Positions 1-8,351 of a stretch of 64,000 bases of DNA are shown here, piece by piece. The first letter of the stretch is position 1, and each line of letters starts with the position of its first letter. Location: the IMG/VR virus record IMGVR_UViG_3300033075_000331, one strand, 5' to 3'. The DNA comes from an uncultured virus (IMG/VR IMGVR_UViG_3300033075_000331). Its lineage: Duplodnaviria; Heunggongvirae; Uroviricota; Caudoviricetes. The notes below the pieces were generated by a model that saw only the letters and a list, made by a program, of their open reading frames with translations, had not been told where the DNA came from and did no database searches. A program made the position numbers and the translations under genes.

Positions 1-993
1 ATATCGGTATCCATGAAGTCCCGTATTGACCGTAACACCATCCTTGACAAATTCGAGTGTTTGTGATGCACCATACCATTGCGATCCCAAGTTGAATCGT
101 TGAATGTCATCAATGTTGACGTCGTAATGCCCCTGTAGTCGATTGTAATAGAGTGTAACGTTGCTGGTAAGGGAATTACTCAGCTTCGACGTATACAGCC
201 CTGAGACGAAGCTCTGGGCAAATCGATCATTTTCCAGAGTGGAAAGGGGATTGTGCGCCGGATTCTTTTTGATTTCGCTTAACGGTGAGGGTGCCCACGC
301 AAGTTCATTCTGCGTCCATCCTGTAAAAGCAACGACGCGAGCCATGGACTTCGACCAAAGATAGTCCGATACCACAAACGCGGACCATGAGCGATTATCG
401 GAGTGGTCACGAAAACCGGGAACGCGCTGACTAGTGGAACGAACGAATGTGGCAAGCGGTCCAGACTTGGCCGTATATTCGGTGCCAATAAACTGGTTGT
501 AATTGTAATCGATTGCTCGACCTGTGTTGTGAGGCACGACCGTTTCAAAGTCAATCGCGCCCGCATACGAGGTATTTCCATATGACGTTGAACCCACCCC
601 ACGTTGAATCTGCATCGACTTGACGACGTGTGAGAAGTCAGCAAAATTGGCGAAATAGACGCCCTGATCTTCTGGCTCATTGAGAGGAACCCCATTGAGT
701 GTAAGATTCATACGAGATTGATCCAACCCGCGCAGTCGGAAATATGCGTAGCCGTTGTATGCGCCATTCTCGGAATATGCCGTAATTGATGGCGTAGCAG
801 TTAGCAACAATGGCATGTCCTGACTCATATCAACGTGGTCCAAGTCGCTAGCCAAATTGACTGACTTTTTGGTGATAGGAGATACCTTGGCGGATCGCAC
901 ACCATCGACCACGATCTTGACGGTCTTGAGAGTATCTTCCTGAGCAAATGCAGGAGTTGCGATCAATAGGAGACTACAAAGTAGGAGTTTCAT
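1..993 (-). CDS. TonB-dependent outer-membrane receptor (N-terminal 331 aa; runs off the window edge)
   Basis: Manual translation, not in the ORF track. ATG at 993 overlaps the TGA of the upstream ORF (ATGA) and the frame is open to position 1. Signal peptide MKLLLCSLLLIATPAFA, then plug-domain motifs GYAYFRLRGLDQSRMNLTLNGVPLNEPEDQGVYFANFADF and MQIQRGVGSTSYGNTSYAGAIDFET, followed by beta-strand-like sequence. Confidence 0.9.
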   Translation of the reverse strand, partial: MKLLLCSLLLIATPAFAQEDTLKTVKIVVDGVRSAKVSPITKKSVNLASDLDHVDMSQDMPLLLTATPSITAYSENGAYNGYAYFRLRGLDQSRMNLTLNGVPLNEPEDQGVYFANFADFSHVVKSMQIQRGVGSTSYGNTSYAGAIDFETVVPHNTGRAIDYNYNQFIGTEYTAKSGPLATFVRSTSQRVPGFRDHSDNRSWSAFVVSDYLWSKSMARVVAFTGWTQNELAWAPSPLSEIKKNPAHNPLSTLENDRFAQSFVSGLYTSKLSNSLTSNVTLYYNRLQGHYDVNIDDIQRFNLGSQWYGASQTLEFVKDGVTVNTGLHGYRY

Positions 994-1379
994 CGTTTGG
1001 TTGTGGTAATGTCTTTGAAAATGTATGTCTTGACCGGAGGTAGCCATTCATACTCTGGTGTGTTGGTATTATCCTTTTTTCGTTGGTCATTGCACGTTGC
1101 ACATTGCCGTGTAAGATCGGCACCACGATCCACGCCGTCGATGAGAAGGTACAATTCCAATAAATGGCCAGCGTCACATTCATACTGCGTACTATGATAT
1201 GCCACGTGATAATGTACGTTTCCATCAGCATCAAAAAAATTCATTGGGGGAATGATGTTAAATTCCTGCCTAAAGAAAACATAGGAATTCACTCCATCCT
1301 TTGCACATGTTGGACACTTGCCCTCCGGGGGCATATCGACCCCGGAGGCTGTTGTGTCTTTCGTCGTAATATCGCTCAT
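990..1379 (-). CDS. hypothetical Cys/His-rich (putative Zn-binding) protein
   Basis: CPTC, YECDAGH and CATC motifs; abuts nadV and overlaps the TBDT start. Confidence 0.6.
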   Translation of the reverse strand: MSDITTKDTTASGVDMPPEGKCPTCAKDGVNSYVFFRQEFNIIPPMNFFDADGNVHYHVAYHSTQYECDAGHLLELYLLIDGVDRGADLTRQCATCNDQRKKDNTNTPEYEWLPPVKTYIFKDITTTKR

Positions 1380-2798
1380 TTACCACTCAACGGTGTGAAG
1401 ATTATCTACCGGGATTTCTGCGCGAGCACGAATTTCATCAAACGTGGTCTCGCCAATCGATTCACCATTGCGATATACCAGCTTGAGAATGTTCTCACCC
1501 GGAGTGCTCGCATCGACTGTCGTGAGAACGCCCGAATCATCGTACATCAGCTTTAAACGACCAGCCTTGGAACGCTTACCCGCCGAGTCCGTGATGGGGT
1601 CTTTACGGAAGTCATATCGAACACCCTTGATCACGTAGCTGGATGCCTTGATCGCAAACTTCTGCGTGTCACGATTGACTTGCTGTAGGAGTGCGCCGCC
1701 CATACCGAAGGCGATGTTGTCACCAGACCACTTACGAGCTTCAAAGGCTTCAAGAATCGCACGAACCGAGTTGAGATTGATACCATCACCCTGAATGATT
1801 CGCACGTGGTTGAGCACCTTGTATCCCTTGCTATTGACCGTGTGCCCGAAGGACTTATCAAGCGTTTCGATAAGCTGCACGCACACCGTCACCGGATCGC
1901 CAGAGTCAGGACGAACCACAAGCACCTTGTTATTGAGGTTGACTACCTTGTTTCTCAAGGTTCCGCCCCAATAGGATTCGGCAGCACGCCAGAGGTTGTA
2001 CGTATCCGACACACAAGCGATGGCCGGAAAATTCGGATTTTGACCGAACGTATCCAAGAACCTCTCCATCTGTGACTCTTCTCCCGCTTCACCCTTAGCA
2101 CACATGATGCTATGTTCAGTAGCCGGGATCGAAAATCCAGCCATATCGCAGTTGTAATATTCGGAAGCCGCCTCAAGAGCAATCATAGTGTCGGTGCCCA
2201 TGAAGTTGACCAAATGGGCCATACCGCCAATTTCTGCGGATTCTTCTGAGGAAACTCCGCGATATCCGAAATCATGAAGCTTAAACTGGATGAGTTCGGG
2301 AGTTCCCGTCTTCACCAAATTAGCAAGAATGATTTTCTTGATTTCTCGTGAAAGCGTGGCGACGGTGATGGGATACCAAACCTTGAGAAGTAACGTCTCA
2401 AACCAGTTGGTAATCCACTGACAATTGTCATCGGTACCTTCGTATGTGGCGAGTACGTTTCGGTTTGGAATAACCATACCTTCCGGCGCGGCATAGATTT
2501 CCAATGGAATGCGACCGTCGAGTTGATTGACGATATATTCCCATCCCTGACGATTGAAGACCGTACCATCACTAAAGTGCTTGGCCGCGCGCTCAGCAGC
2601 GTAATCGACCATTTCCTGCGTAATGCGCGTGCTCAGATATCGCTTGAGATAATACTGCAAGCCGAACATGACCACTTCGGGAAACGCGCCACCACGAGAT
2701 TCCAGATAGGAATATACGCGCTGTGTGCCTTCGGGGTATGCGGGCCAGTGTGTGACCTTGTAGCTGTCTGTCCGGGTGAGAAATCTCTTATCAGTCAT
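1380..2798 (-). CDS. nadV: nicotinamide phosphoribosyltransferase (NAMPT)
   Basis: TDSYKVTH, LHDFGYRGVSSEESA, SIPATEHS, VSDTY, VVRPDSGDP, IIQGDG and FGMGGALLQ..NRDTQKFA motifs. Confidence 0.95.
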   Translation of the reverse strand: MTDKRFLTRTDSYKVTHWPAYPEGTQRVYSYLESRGGAFPEVVMFGLQYYLKRYLSTRITQEMVDYAAERAAKHFSDGTVFNRQGWEYIVNQLDGRIPLEIYAAPEGMVIPNRNVLATYEGTDDNCQWITNWFETLLLKVWYPITVATLSREIKKIILANLVKTGTPELIQFKLHDFGYRGVSSEESAEIGGMAHLVNFMGTDTMIALEAASEYYNCDMAGFSIPATEHSIMCAKGEAGEESQMERFLDTFGQNPNFPAIACVSDTYNLWRAAESYWGGTLRNKVVNLNNKVLVVRPDSGDPVTVCVQLIETLDKSFGHTVNSKGYKVLNHVRIIQGDGINLNSVRAILEAFEARKWSGDNIAFGMGGALLQQVNRDTQKFAIKASSYVIKGVRYDFRKDPITDSAGKRSKAGRLKLMYDDSGVLTTVDASTPGENILKLVYRNGESIGETTFDEIRARAEIPVDNLHTVEW

Positions 2799-2800
2799 AA

Positions 2801-3712
2801 TTAGATTTTCGTCTTGATGAGGTTAATAGCGTCAACAACGAGGGGACGGTGAAGCGTGACAACAAGAGTATCGAGGTTATCCAGTACGTAATCTACATCA
2901 TACCACTGTGCAATCGCAAGATCGTCTCCACCATGCACACGTCCTGCGAAATATCGAGCGAGAAACAGCGTGGTACTGTGGGAAACTCCCTTAGCTCCCC
3001 GAATACGCCAATCGTTGATAAGGTATTCCTTAACATACTCCGGTGGGGCTTCCAAGTCAATCCCCATTTCCTCTTGAAGTTCTCGACGCGCCGTATCAAT
3101 CAGCAACTCGTCAGGCTCGCGGAATCCTCCTGCGAGGCGCCATTCATCTTCGTTGATACGACGTCCAAGGGCAATCTGTAACTTCGGCAAATCGCGCCAC
3201 AGCGCCACGTCCACCGTGTTATACGTGCGATGGGTCAGAGTCTGATACGCATGGATGACTCCGCTGCGAAATTGGTCAGTGTTGATGTACGTATGCGCCA
3301 AATTATCACGCACTCTAGTGGCTTCAACGTCATCATACCCGAACGTCAATTCTTCGGTTGGATAATTACCGAAATAATGGGGAATAAACCCGAATCGACC
3401 AGAATAGAGCGTAGCACCATCCGGAGAATACAGGCGAATGAATTCATCAACCTTATCCGACCACTCGATATCACTCTTGCAATCGAAAAGGCGCACGAAA
3501 ATGGCGTTCGGAAATAGCTCACGAATCATACCAGTGCGGATTTCGTAGCTTAGAGGATTTGTTGCGGTCGCGGGAGTCTTGCGGTCGCCAATCATGACGA
3601 TCATCTTCTCATGACGATGATCGACGGTGGATAAAAGAGCAAGGTGTCCCGCATGGAGCGTTGGCACCTGAAATCGTCCGATAACTACACCAGCCGTAGG
3701 AAGTTTGGTCAT
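2801..3712 (-). CDS. bifunctional NMN adenylyltransferase / ADP-ribose Nudix hydrolase (NadM-Nudix, NatV-like)
   Basis: IGRFQVPTLHAGH (HxGH) motif, NPLSYEIR, and Nudix box AGGFREPDELLIDTARRELQEEMG. Start moved to ATG 3712 (ATGA overlap with the upstream ORF). Confidence 0.9.
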   Translation of the reverse strand: MTKLPTAGVVIGRFQVPTLHAGHLALLSTVDHRHEKMIVMIGDRKTPATATNPLSYEIRTGMIRELFPNAIFVRLFDCKSDIEWSDKVDEFIRLYSPDGATLYSGRFGFIPHYFGNYPTEELTFGYDDVEATRVRDNLAHTYINTDQFRSGVIHAYQTLTHRTYNTVDVALWRDLPKLQIALGRRINEDEWRLAGGFREPDELLIDTARRELQEEMGIDLEAPPEYVKEYLINDWRIRGAKGVSHSTTLFLARYFAGRVHGGDDLAIAQWYDVDYVLDNLDTLVVTLHRPLVVDAINLIKTKI

Positions 3713-3963
3713 TTGATCTTTTTGAGAATAGTGAATACTGCAATATCCAAAGGAGTAGCTGTTCGCAACACGTCGGTTTCGACTCCTCGATTTGATCCCC
3801 AATCTAAGTGGTATTTGATTTTACCATCTTCTATCGCATACCACTCATCATGAGGTAGATACGGATTTAATTCGATCATATTAAGCAGTCGAATTTTTAC
3901 GATCCTATCCACTTCGTCGTCGCTGATGTTAGCGGTTGACTGCGTTGTGAAGTTTATCTTCAT
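3709..3963 (-). CDS. hypothetical protein
   Basis: 84 aa ORF whose stop overlaps the start of the NMNAT-Nudix gene. Confidence 0.6.
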   Translation of the reverse strand: MKINFTTQSTANISDDEVDRIVKIRLLNMIELNPYLPHDEWYAIEDGKIKYHLDWGSNRGVETDVLRTATPLDIAVFTILKKIK

Positions 3964-3976
3964 ATGTGAATATGGC

Positions 3977-4330
3977 TCAAGTAGTGTGATATGTCAAGGT
4001 CCAGTTATCCCATTTCTCATCGTTTTCATGTTCCCAATCAAGTACCCACTTTTCATAAGCCATTTGATCATCGAGCATTGCTTTTACAAGCGTATCAAAG
4101 TGCCAACGATGTAAGGGATCGCTATCATCGCTCGCACTGCTAGAAATCAATGTGAGTGCTCTCGTAATCCGGTCATCAACTGACGCATTTTCAAAATAAT
4201 CAGTAGGATAAATGACGCGTTTGCCATCCGATGTACGAATTATCCATTCTCCGGGGGCAGGATAGCGAACGATACCAGACCAATCGATTAGATATTTCAA
4301 GCAGGAAGAATCGTTGGGAAAATCATTCAT
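3977..4330 (-). CDS. hypothetical protein
   Basis: ORF; probable start MNDFPND at 4330, in a TGATG overlap with the upstream small ORF. Confidence 0.55.
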   Translation of the reverse strand: MNDFPNDSSCLKYLIDWSGIVRYPAPGEWIIRTSDGKRVIYPTDYFENASVDDRITRALTLISSSASDDSDPLHRWHFDTLVKAMLDDQMAYEKWVLDWEHENDEKWDNWTLTYHTT

Positions 4331-4422
4331 CACTTCCGATACCTTTTCCAACCTTCCACGTCATCTTTCCTTTCGGGAATTCTGGCGGCAATGGTAAATA
4401 CCTTTACGTCACCGACATTCAT
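4330..4422 (-). CDS. 30-aa small ORF (MNVGDVKVFTIAARIPERKDDVEGWKRYRK)
   Basis: Manual translation; fills the gap exactly with ATGA and TGATG overlaps at its two ends. Confidence 0.5.
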   Translation of the reverse strand: MNVGDVKVFTIAARIPERKDDVEGWKRYRK

Positions 4423-4580
4423 TTTCTCGGAGTTTTGATCTTGAGTAGAAAGCATCGTTTGCAATGTTTGGCTTTGAATGAGTGAGGTTTTTCAGTGGAC
4501 CACATAGGACGATAGGGCGTATAAGAATGTCCTATCAATTCACACCACAATTTAGCAAAAAATCTTTTAACGTTTTGCAT
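4419..4580 (-). CDS. small Cys/His protein (C..GH...C.RC, DUF1660-like)
   Basis: LWCELIGHSY...HCKRC pattern; probable start MQNVKR at 4580. Confidence 0.5.
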   Translation of the reverse strand: MQNVKRFFAKLWCELIGHSYTPYRPMWSTEKPHSFKAKHCKRCFLLKIKTPRK

Positions 4581-4776
4581 GTGTAAACGACAACGGTGGA
4601 AATGGTGGAATATCATATGAAGCAAGTACCACATTGTAATGCAGCCAGCTTTCCTTACAGGCTTCCTCGTTGAAAGGAATGCTCTTCTGTGCACATCCTA
4701 ATGCGGTACTTGCATCGAACCTTTTCCACGCTTTCTGAATTTCGTAGAACTTAACTTTATCCACGGAATTTATCAA
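4567..4776 (-). CDS. hypothetical protein
   Basis: 69 aa ORF in a run of tightly packed minus-strand genes. Confidence 0.45.
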   Translation of the reverse strand: MINSVDKVKFYEIQKAWKRFDASTALGCAQKSIPFNEEACKESWLHYNVVLASYDIPPFPPLSFTHAKR

Positions 4777-4987
4777 TCAAAAATGATAGGGATTCTGGCT
4801 TCAAGATAGATGGATCAAATTCACTCCAAAAGTTGATCCGAATCGGACGATGATACATTCCGGCTTTTTTTGCCTTTTCAACACCTTCACAGACATGTGC
4901 GAACCATATCAAAGGATGTTCTTCCATGACTGCGTTTCTGTGCCAATCGATACCCGCAGATGTTTCAGTATATGATATGAAATACAT
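4757..4987 (-). CDS. hypothetical protein
   Basis: Probable start MYFISY at 4987, immediately after the DNA ligase stop. Confidence 0.5.
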   Translation of the reverse strand: MYFISYTETSAGIDWHRNAVMEEHPLIWFAHVCEGVEKAKKAGMYHRPIRINFWSEFDPSILKPESLSFLIDKFRG

Positions 4988-4988
4988 C

Positions 4989-6092
4989 TTAGAAATCTCC
5001 ATCTTCTCGGACGTCAACCGCAACACCATGTTGAGGCTTTCCATCGTTTGTCAACTCGAAATATCGCACCGTCGCCCATTTTCCGATGTACTTGTGCTTG
5101 TTGGTGAGGAGGTTCTTTCGATAGCCAATGTCACCTTCCGACACCGCTTCGAATTCCTTACCGTTGGACGCGAGACACACGAACTTCCCAACGCCATCCG
5201 CAGACCCACCACCGGAATTGATCACATCAACGATCTTGAATTCCTCGTCAACGAAATCCTTGAGCTTGAGAAGATTCGACGAGCGTAGATTGACTTCATA
5301 GAGCCCATTCCGCATACGGATGATGGTGCCTTCGAAGCCGTCTGCCGTGAATCGTTTCTGAGCAGACGTAATATCTTCGTGATTGTGGACAGTAATGGTC
5401 TCGGCAAGAACAATCTGCGGGTTATCAATCTCACGCACGATTTTCTTCAATACTTCATATCGTTCGTGAAATGGAAGTGTATCGTGGAGGATATCATATA
5501 CCACATAGATGAGCTTCGGACTCACATCTTCGCGATATTTCTTCGCAGCAGACATGGTTTCTTGAAGCTTGACATTCCCCGGCAGCATCAACTCACCATC
5601 CAACGTGACAATTTCGTTGATGTTGTCAAATGCAAGATGTTGGATGACTTTGGGAATAATGTCCTTGTTTCCACGACTCCATCCCTGCTTCCCATCATAC
5701 AACATACGCATTCCATTATACTTTCGCTGAACATAGCACGGAAACGTGAGCCGTTCTTTCTTATCGACATACTTTTCGGCCAGCATAGGCAGTGGACGCT
5801 CAGATTCGCGCTTGTCCTTCTGCTTATTGACGGTCGATTCAAACTCGAAATGTGCCTGATCTTCGTTATTACGATAGTTGGCACGTCCTTCATTGGTGGG
5901 GACGGCGTAATACGGATCGGACCACTTGACCACGGACGTCTTACCCGTCTTGGCATTAGTAGCCCACGACGAGGACTGCGTGTAGAACTTGCCTTCGTGA
6001 TCCTTTACAACGTGATTCTGCCAATACTTGACGCCGTTACGAGACTTGGCCTCAATGATATCGGACGAGCGGACAATGGTCAGTTTAGGCAT
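4989..6092 (-). CDS. ATP-dependent DNA ligase
   Basis: Motif I KYNGMR, LDGELM, YVVYDI, EGTIIR and LLKLK, plus a C-terminal OB fold (ATVRYFELTNDGKP). Confidence 0.9.
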   Translation of the reverse strand: MPKLTIVRSSDIIEAKSRNGVKYWQNHVVKDHEGKFYTQSSSWATNAKTGKTSVVKWSDPYYAVPTNEGRANYRNNEDQAHFEFESTVNKQKDKRESERPLPMLAEKYVDKKERLTFPCYVQRKYNGMRMLYDGKQGWSRGNKDIIPKVIQHLAFDNINEIVTLDGELMLPGNVKLQETMSAAKKYREDVSPKLIYVVYDILHDTLPFHERYEVLKKIVREIDNPQIVLAETITVHNHEDITSAQKRFTADGFEGTIIRMRNGLYEVNLRSSNLLKLKDFVDEEFKIVDVINSGGGSADGVGKFVCLASNGKEFEAVSEGDIGYRKNLLTNKHKYIGKWATVRYFELTNDGKPQHGVAVDVREDGDF

Positions 6093-6331
6093 TAGTTAAC
6101 GGGACAGTAGAATTGATCAAGTACGGTAACGATGGGAACGATAATGGTTTCGACGAAGATGAGACCCACAATTACATTGCGCGTACTCACTTCATAGGTC
6201 AGCTTTGGGTCTTTCATATCATCGACTCCGATGCATTCTGCATCGCCATATCCATCAACATGACGACTTGACTCACACGCAGTCAAGAGGAGAAGCAGCG
6301 GAAGCAGTAGAAACTTAGTGTATTTACGCAT
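6092..6331 (-). CDS. small lipoprotein / membrane protein
   Basis: MRKYTKFLLLPLLLLLTA-C lipobox and a C-terminal hydrophobic segment. Confidence 0.7.
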   Translation of the reverse strand: MRKYTKFLLLPLLLLLTACESSRHVDGYGDAECIGVDDMKDPKLTYEVSTRNVIVGLIFVETIIVPIVTVLDQFYCPVN

Positions 6332-6587
6332 GAGTATCAAATTCTCCAAGGTATTCGAATTCAACAGGGCGAGCGCCGGGAGTTGTGAAGGCGATGTACT
6401 GTTCGTACTGCTCGTATGACGTGGTGTTCTCCCAATCGATCTTCTCGTACAATTCTGGATATCCTTTCTGTAGAACATCCCTAATGAACTTCATGACCTT
6501 GAACGTCATCATGAAATTAGAAATATGCGCGACAATCTTAACTGGCTTTTGGGGATCGTATCGTAGCGCCGCGAGATATAGTATCAT
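6324..6587 (-). CDS. hypothetical protein
   Basis: 87 aa ORF in the operon-like run. Confidence 0.55.
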   Translation of the reverse strand: MILYLAALRYDPQKPVKIVAHISNFMMTFKVMKFIRDVLQKGYPELYEKIDWENTTSYEQYEQYIAFTTPGARPVEFEYLGEFDTHA

Positions 6588-6616
6588 AGTGTCTGATGGT
6601 TAGGATGTGGTGTAAT

Positions 6617-7084
6617 CTAACCAGTGGACCGGGCTGTGTCAAGTAGCTTTTCCACAAACTTCTTGGTTTTCGCATGTAACAGGATTTTACTGGTATTTTC
6701 CGCATACCACTCGTTCGCGGTGTCGGGTGAACGTCCCAGTGCCACCGCCACCCCTCGCCAATCGGCCACCATTTCACGAGCATATTTCTCTGGCATTTCT
6801 AGGACACGAGGAGACCGAATATCGTTCAGCGTAACCCAATATTGCCAGTGGTGTGGGTTTTTTCTAATGTGACTTGCCCACGCTAGTGAAAAATCATTCT
6901 GAATTTTCTGTGTGCGTTCTGTTTCGTAAAAGAATCGAGCATACGCTATGAATTCAGAAGGTGAGAGTTTGCTCATGTCATGAACAAGACCCTGCCATAT
7001 TCCTACTCCCAATTTACGAGCTTCGCGATAGACTGCAATTTTATGTACTAATACGTATTTAAAATATTGCCAGTATTTCTTCAT
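6617..7084 (-). CDS. DUF5662-like HD-fold protein
   Basis: H..HDMSKLSPSEF, NPHHWQYW and MPEKYAREMVADW motifs. Confidence 0.75.
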   Translation of the reverse strand: MKKYWQYFKYVLVHKIAVYREARKLGVGIWQGLVHDMSKLSPSEFIAYARFFYETERTQKIQNDFSLAWASHIRKNPHHWQYWVTLNDIRSPRVLEMPEKYAREMVADWRGVAVALGRSPDTANEWYAENTSKILLHAKTKKFVEKLLDTARSTG

Positions 7085-7108
7085 TTTCCTAACAGTAGAA
7101 ATTTGATT

Positions 7109-7192
7109 CTGGTGAGCGTCGAACAGCGACAGACGTGGACTAATCCAAGATCATCTATCGCTGTCCGCGAAAACCATCGGTGTTTTAACCAG
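7109..7192 (-). ncRNA. candidate structured intergenic RNA element
   Basis: 15-bp stem (7121-7135 with 7152-7166) that is fully paired only on the minus strand (3 G-U pairs), an inner UGGA/UCCA hairpin, and a closing CUGGU/ACCAG stem. Confidence 0.45.
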
Positions 7193-7199
7193 TGATTTT

Positions 7200-8351
7200 T
7201 CAATGTAATTCGCTGCCTCCCTTACGAGTCAAATAATCATCGCTAATTATTTTGAATACGACGCGCCCAGCGAACAAATCGTCACGTTCTTTTACAGGTC
7301 GAACCACAACACCTTCCAAGATATCTGTTGATCCCGGAATCGTTGTCTTACCGTTCGCGAGAGACCGCACTACATCATAATCATATGGACCGGAATACAC
7401 AAGCGGTACCATAGGAATATCGTACGAGTTACATAGATCAACAAATACGTGGTGATCGACATACTGCCCATCTACCCGAATGTCGAACGCGTAGAATCCA
7501 ACGTCACCATTCTCGTATCCATACTTCAAGTCTTGAACTCCGACCACTTCGCCATGTAAAGAGACATTCTCTACCTCGACACCCCGCGCTACGCTCATGG
7601 CCAACCGTAAGGTTTCTACTTTACGGCTCAACTCATATTTACGTGCGGCTCTCCAATACACGTTGGTATCATCTTCCTTGATGGCATTGTTACGTGAACA
7701 GACGAAGACCTTTTCGTCTTCCTCCAATCCCGGCCCAATTGCTACCGTCATGTTGGTACCATGCAACTTTTCAGTACCAACGACTGCTTCTCCGGGCACT
7801 AAAGCATTCATGGATTCTGGACGCTTGATATTTTCCAAATCATAGTGTGGCAGAAAGTCTGGCCAACGACGAACCTTTCCAGCCATTTGCATAGGAATTG
7901 GTTCTTCGTATTTGATCAATCGTAAAGTTTCTGCCCAATCTGTGCCTTCGGTATATCCCATGGCGAGTGGGTCGATCCACACGATAATTCCACTTTCCTT
8001 GGCTGCCTCTTTTCTCGCGTCCACTAGTGAATGATATAGTGCATAGTAATTATCTCTCAGCACCGATAGAGGTAATACGATACCTTGTGAGACAATACCA
8101 CGAAGCTTGATTGCCTTGACTCGGTTCTTCTGCTTACCTGTGAGATATGAATCGACCTTCAAGAGCACCGCAATGTCCAAGTTGGTGAACACGGAGTCAT
8201 CAGGAATATAGAGAATGAGGTCTCCTACCGAATGAATTCCTTTTTGCACCACGGCACGATATCCCCCGATTGCGACCAATTCAAGCTTGTCCGCATTTGG
8301 GTGTGGCTCTATGAGAGTGATTTGTCTGATTTTGACTTCGTATGTACTCAT
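7200..8351 (-). CDS. RNA ligase, DRB0094/Rnl2-like, with N-terminal OB domain
   Basis: HPNADKLE and VKAIKLRGIVSQG in the N-domain; EKLHGTN, SRN, HGEVVG, FYAFDI, EGVVVR and FKIIS..YL motifs. Confidence 0.9.
   Translation of the reverse strand: MSTYEVKIRQITLIEPHPNADKLELVAIGGYRAVVQKGIHSVGDLILYIPDDSVFTNLDIAVLLKVDSYLTGKQKNRVKAIKLRGIVSQGIVLPLSVLRDNYYALYHSLVDARKEAAKESGIIVWIDPLAMGYTEGTDWAETLRLIKYEEPIPMQMAGKVRRWPDFLPHYDLENIKRPESMNALVPGEAVVGTEKLHGTNMTVAIGPGLEEDEKVFVCSRNNAIKEDDTNVYWRAARKYELSRKVETLRLAMSVARGVEVENVSLHGEVVGVQDLKYGYENGDVGFYAFDIRVDGQYVDHHVFVDLCNSYDIPMVPLVYSGPYDYDVVRSLANGKTTIPGSTDILEGVVVRPVKERDDLFAGRVVFKIISDDYLTRKGGSELH

Noticed and set aside
1380..3712. NARP1 (Adps + Namat) pathway
   Set aside because: The partner gene is an NMNAT-Nudix rather than a PRPP-synthetase-like Adps, which fits NARP2/NadV-NatV better. 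Namat versus NAMPT specificity cannot be fully excluded from sequence alone.
7109..7192. Hammerhead ribozyme on the plus strand (CTGGTGAG...CGAAA)
   Set aside because: The core reads CUGGUGA rather than CUGANGA, stem III lacks the required A-U/UH site, and the long stem pairs better on the minus strand.
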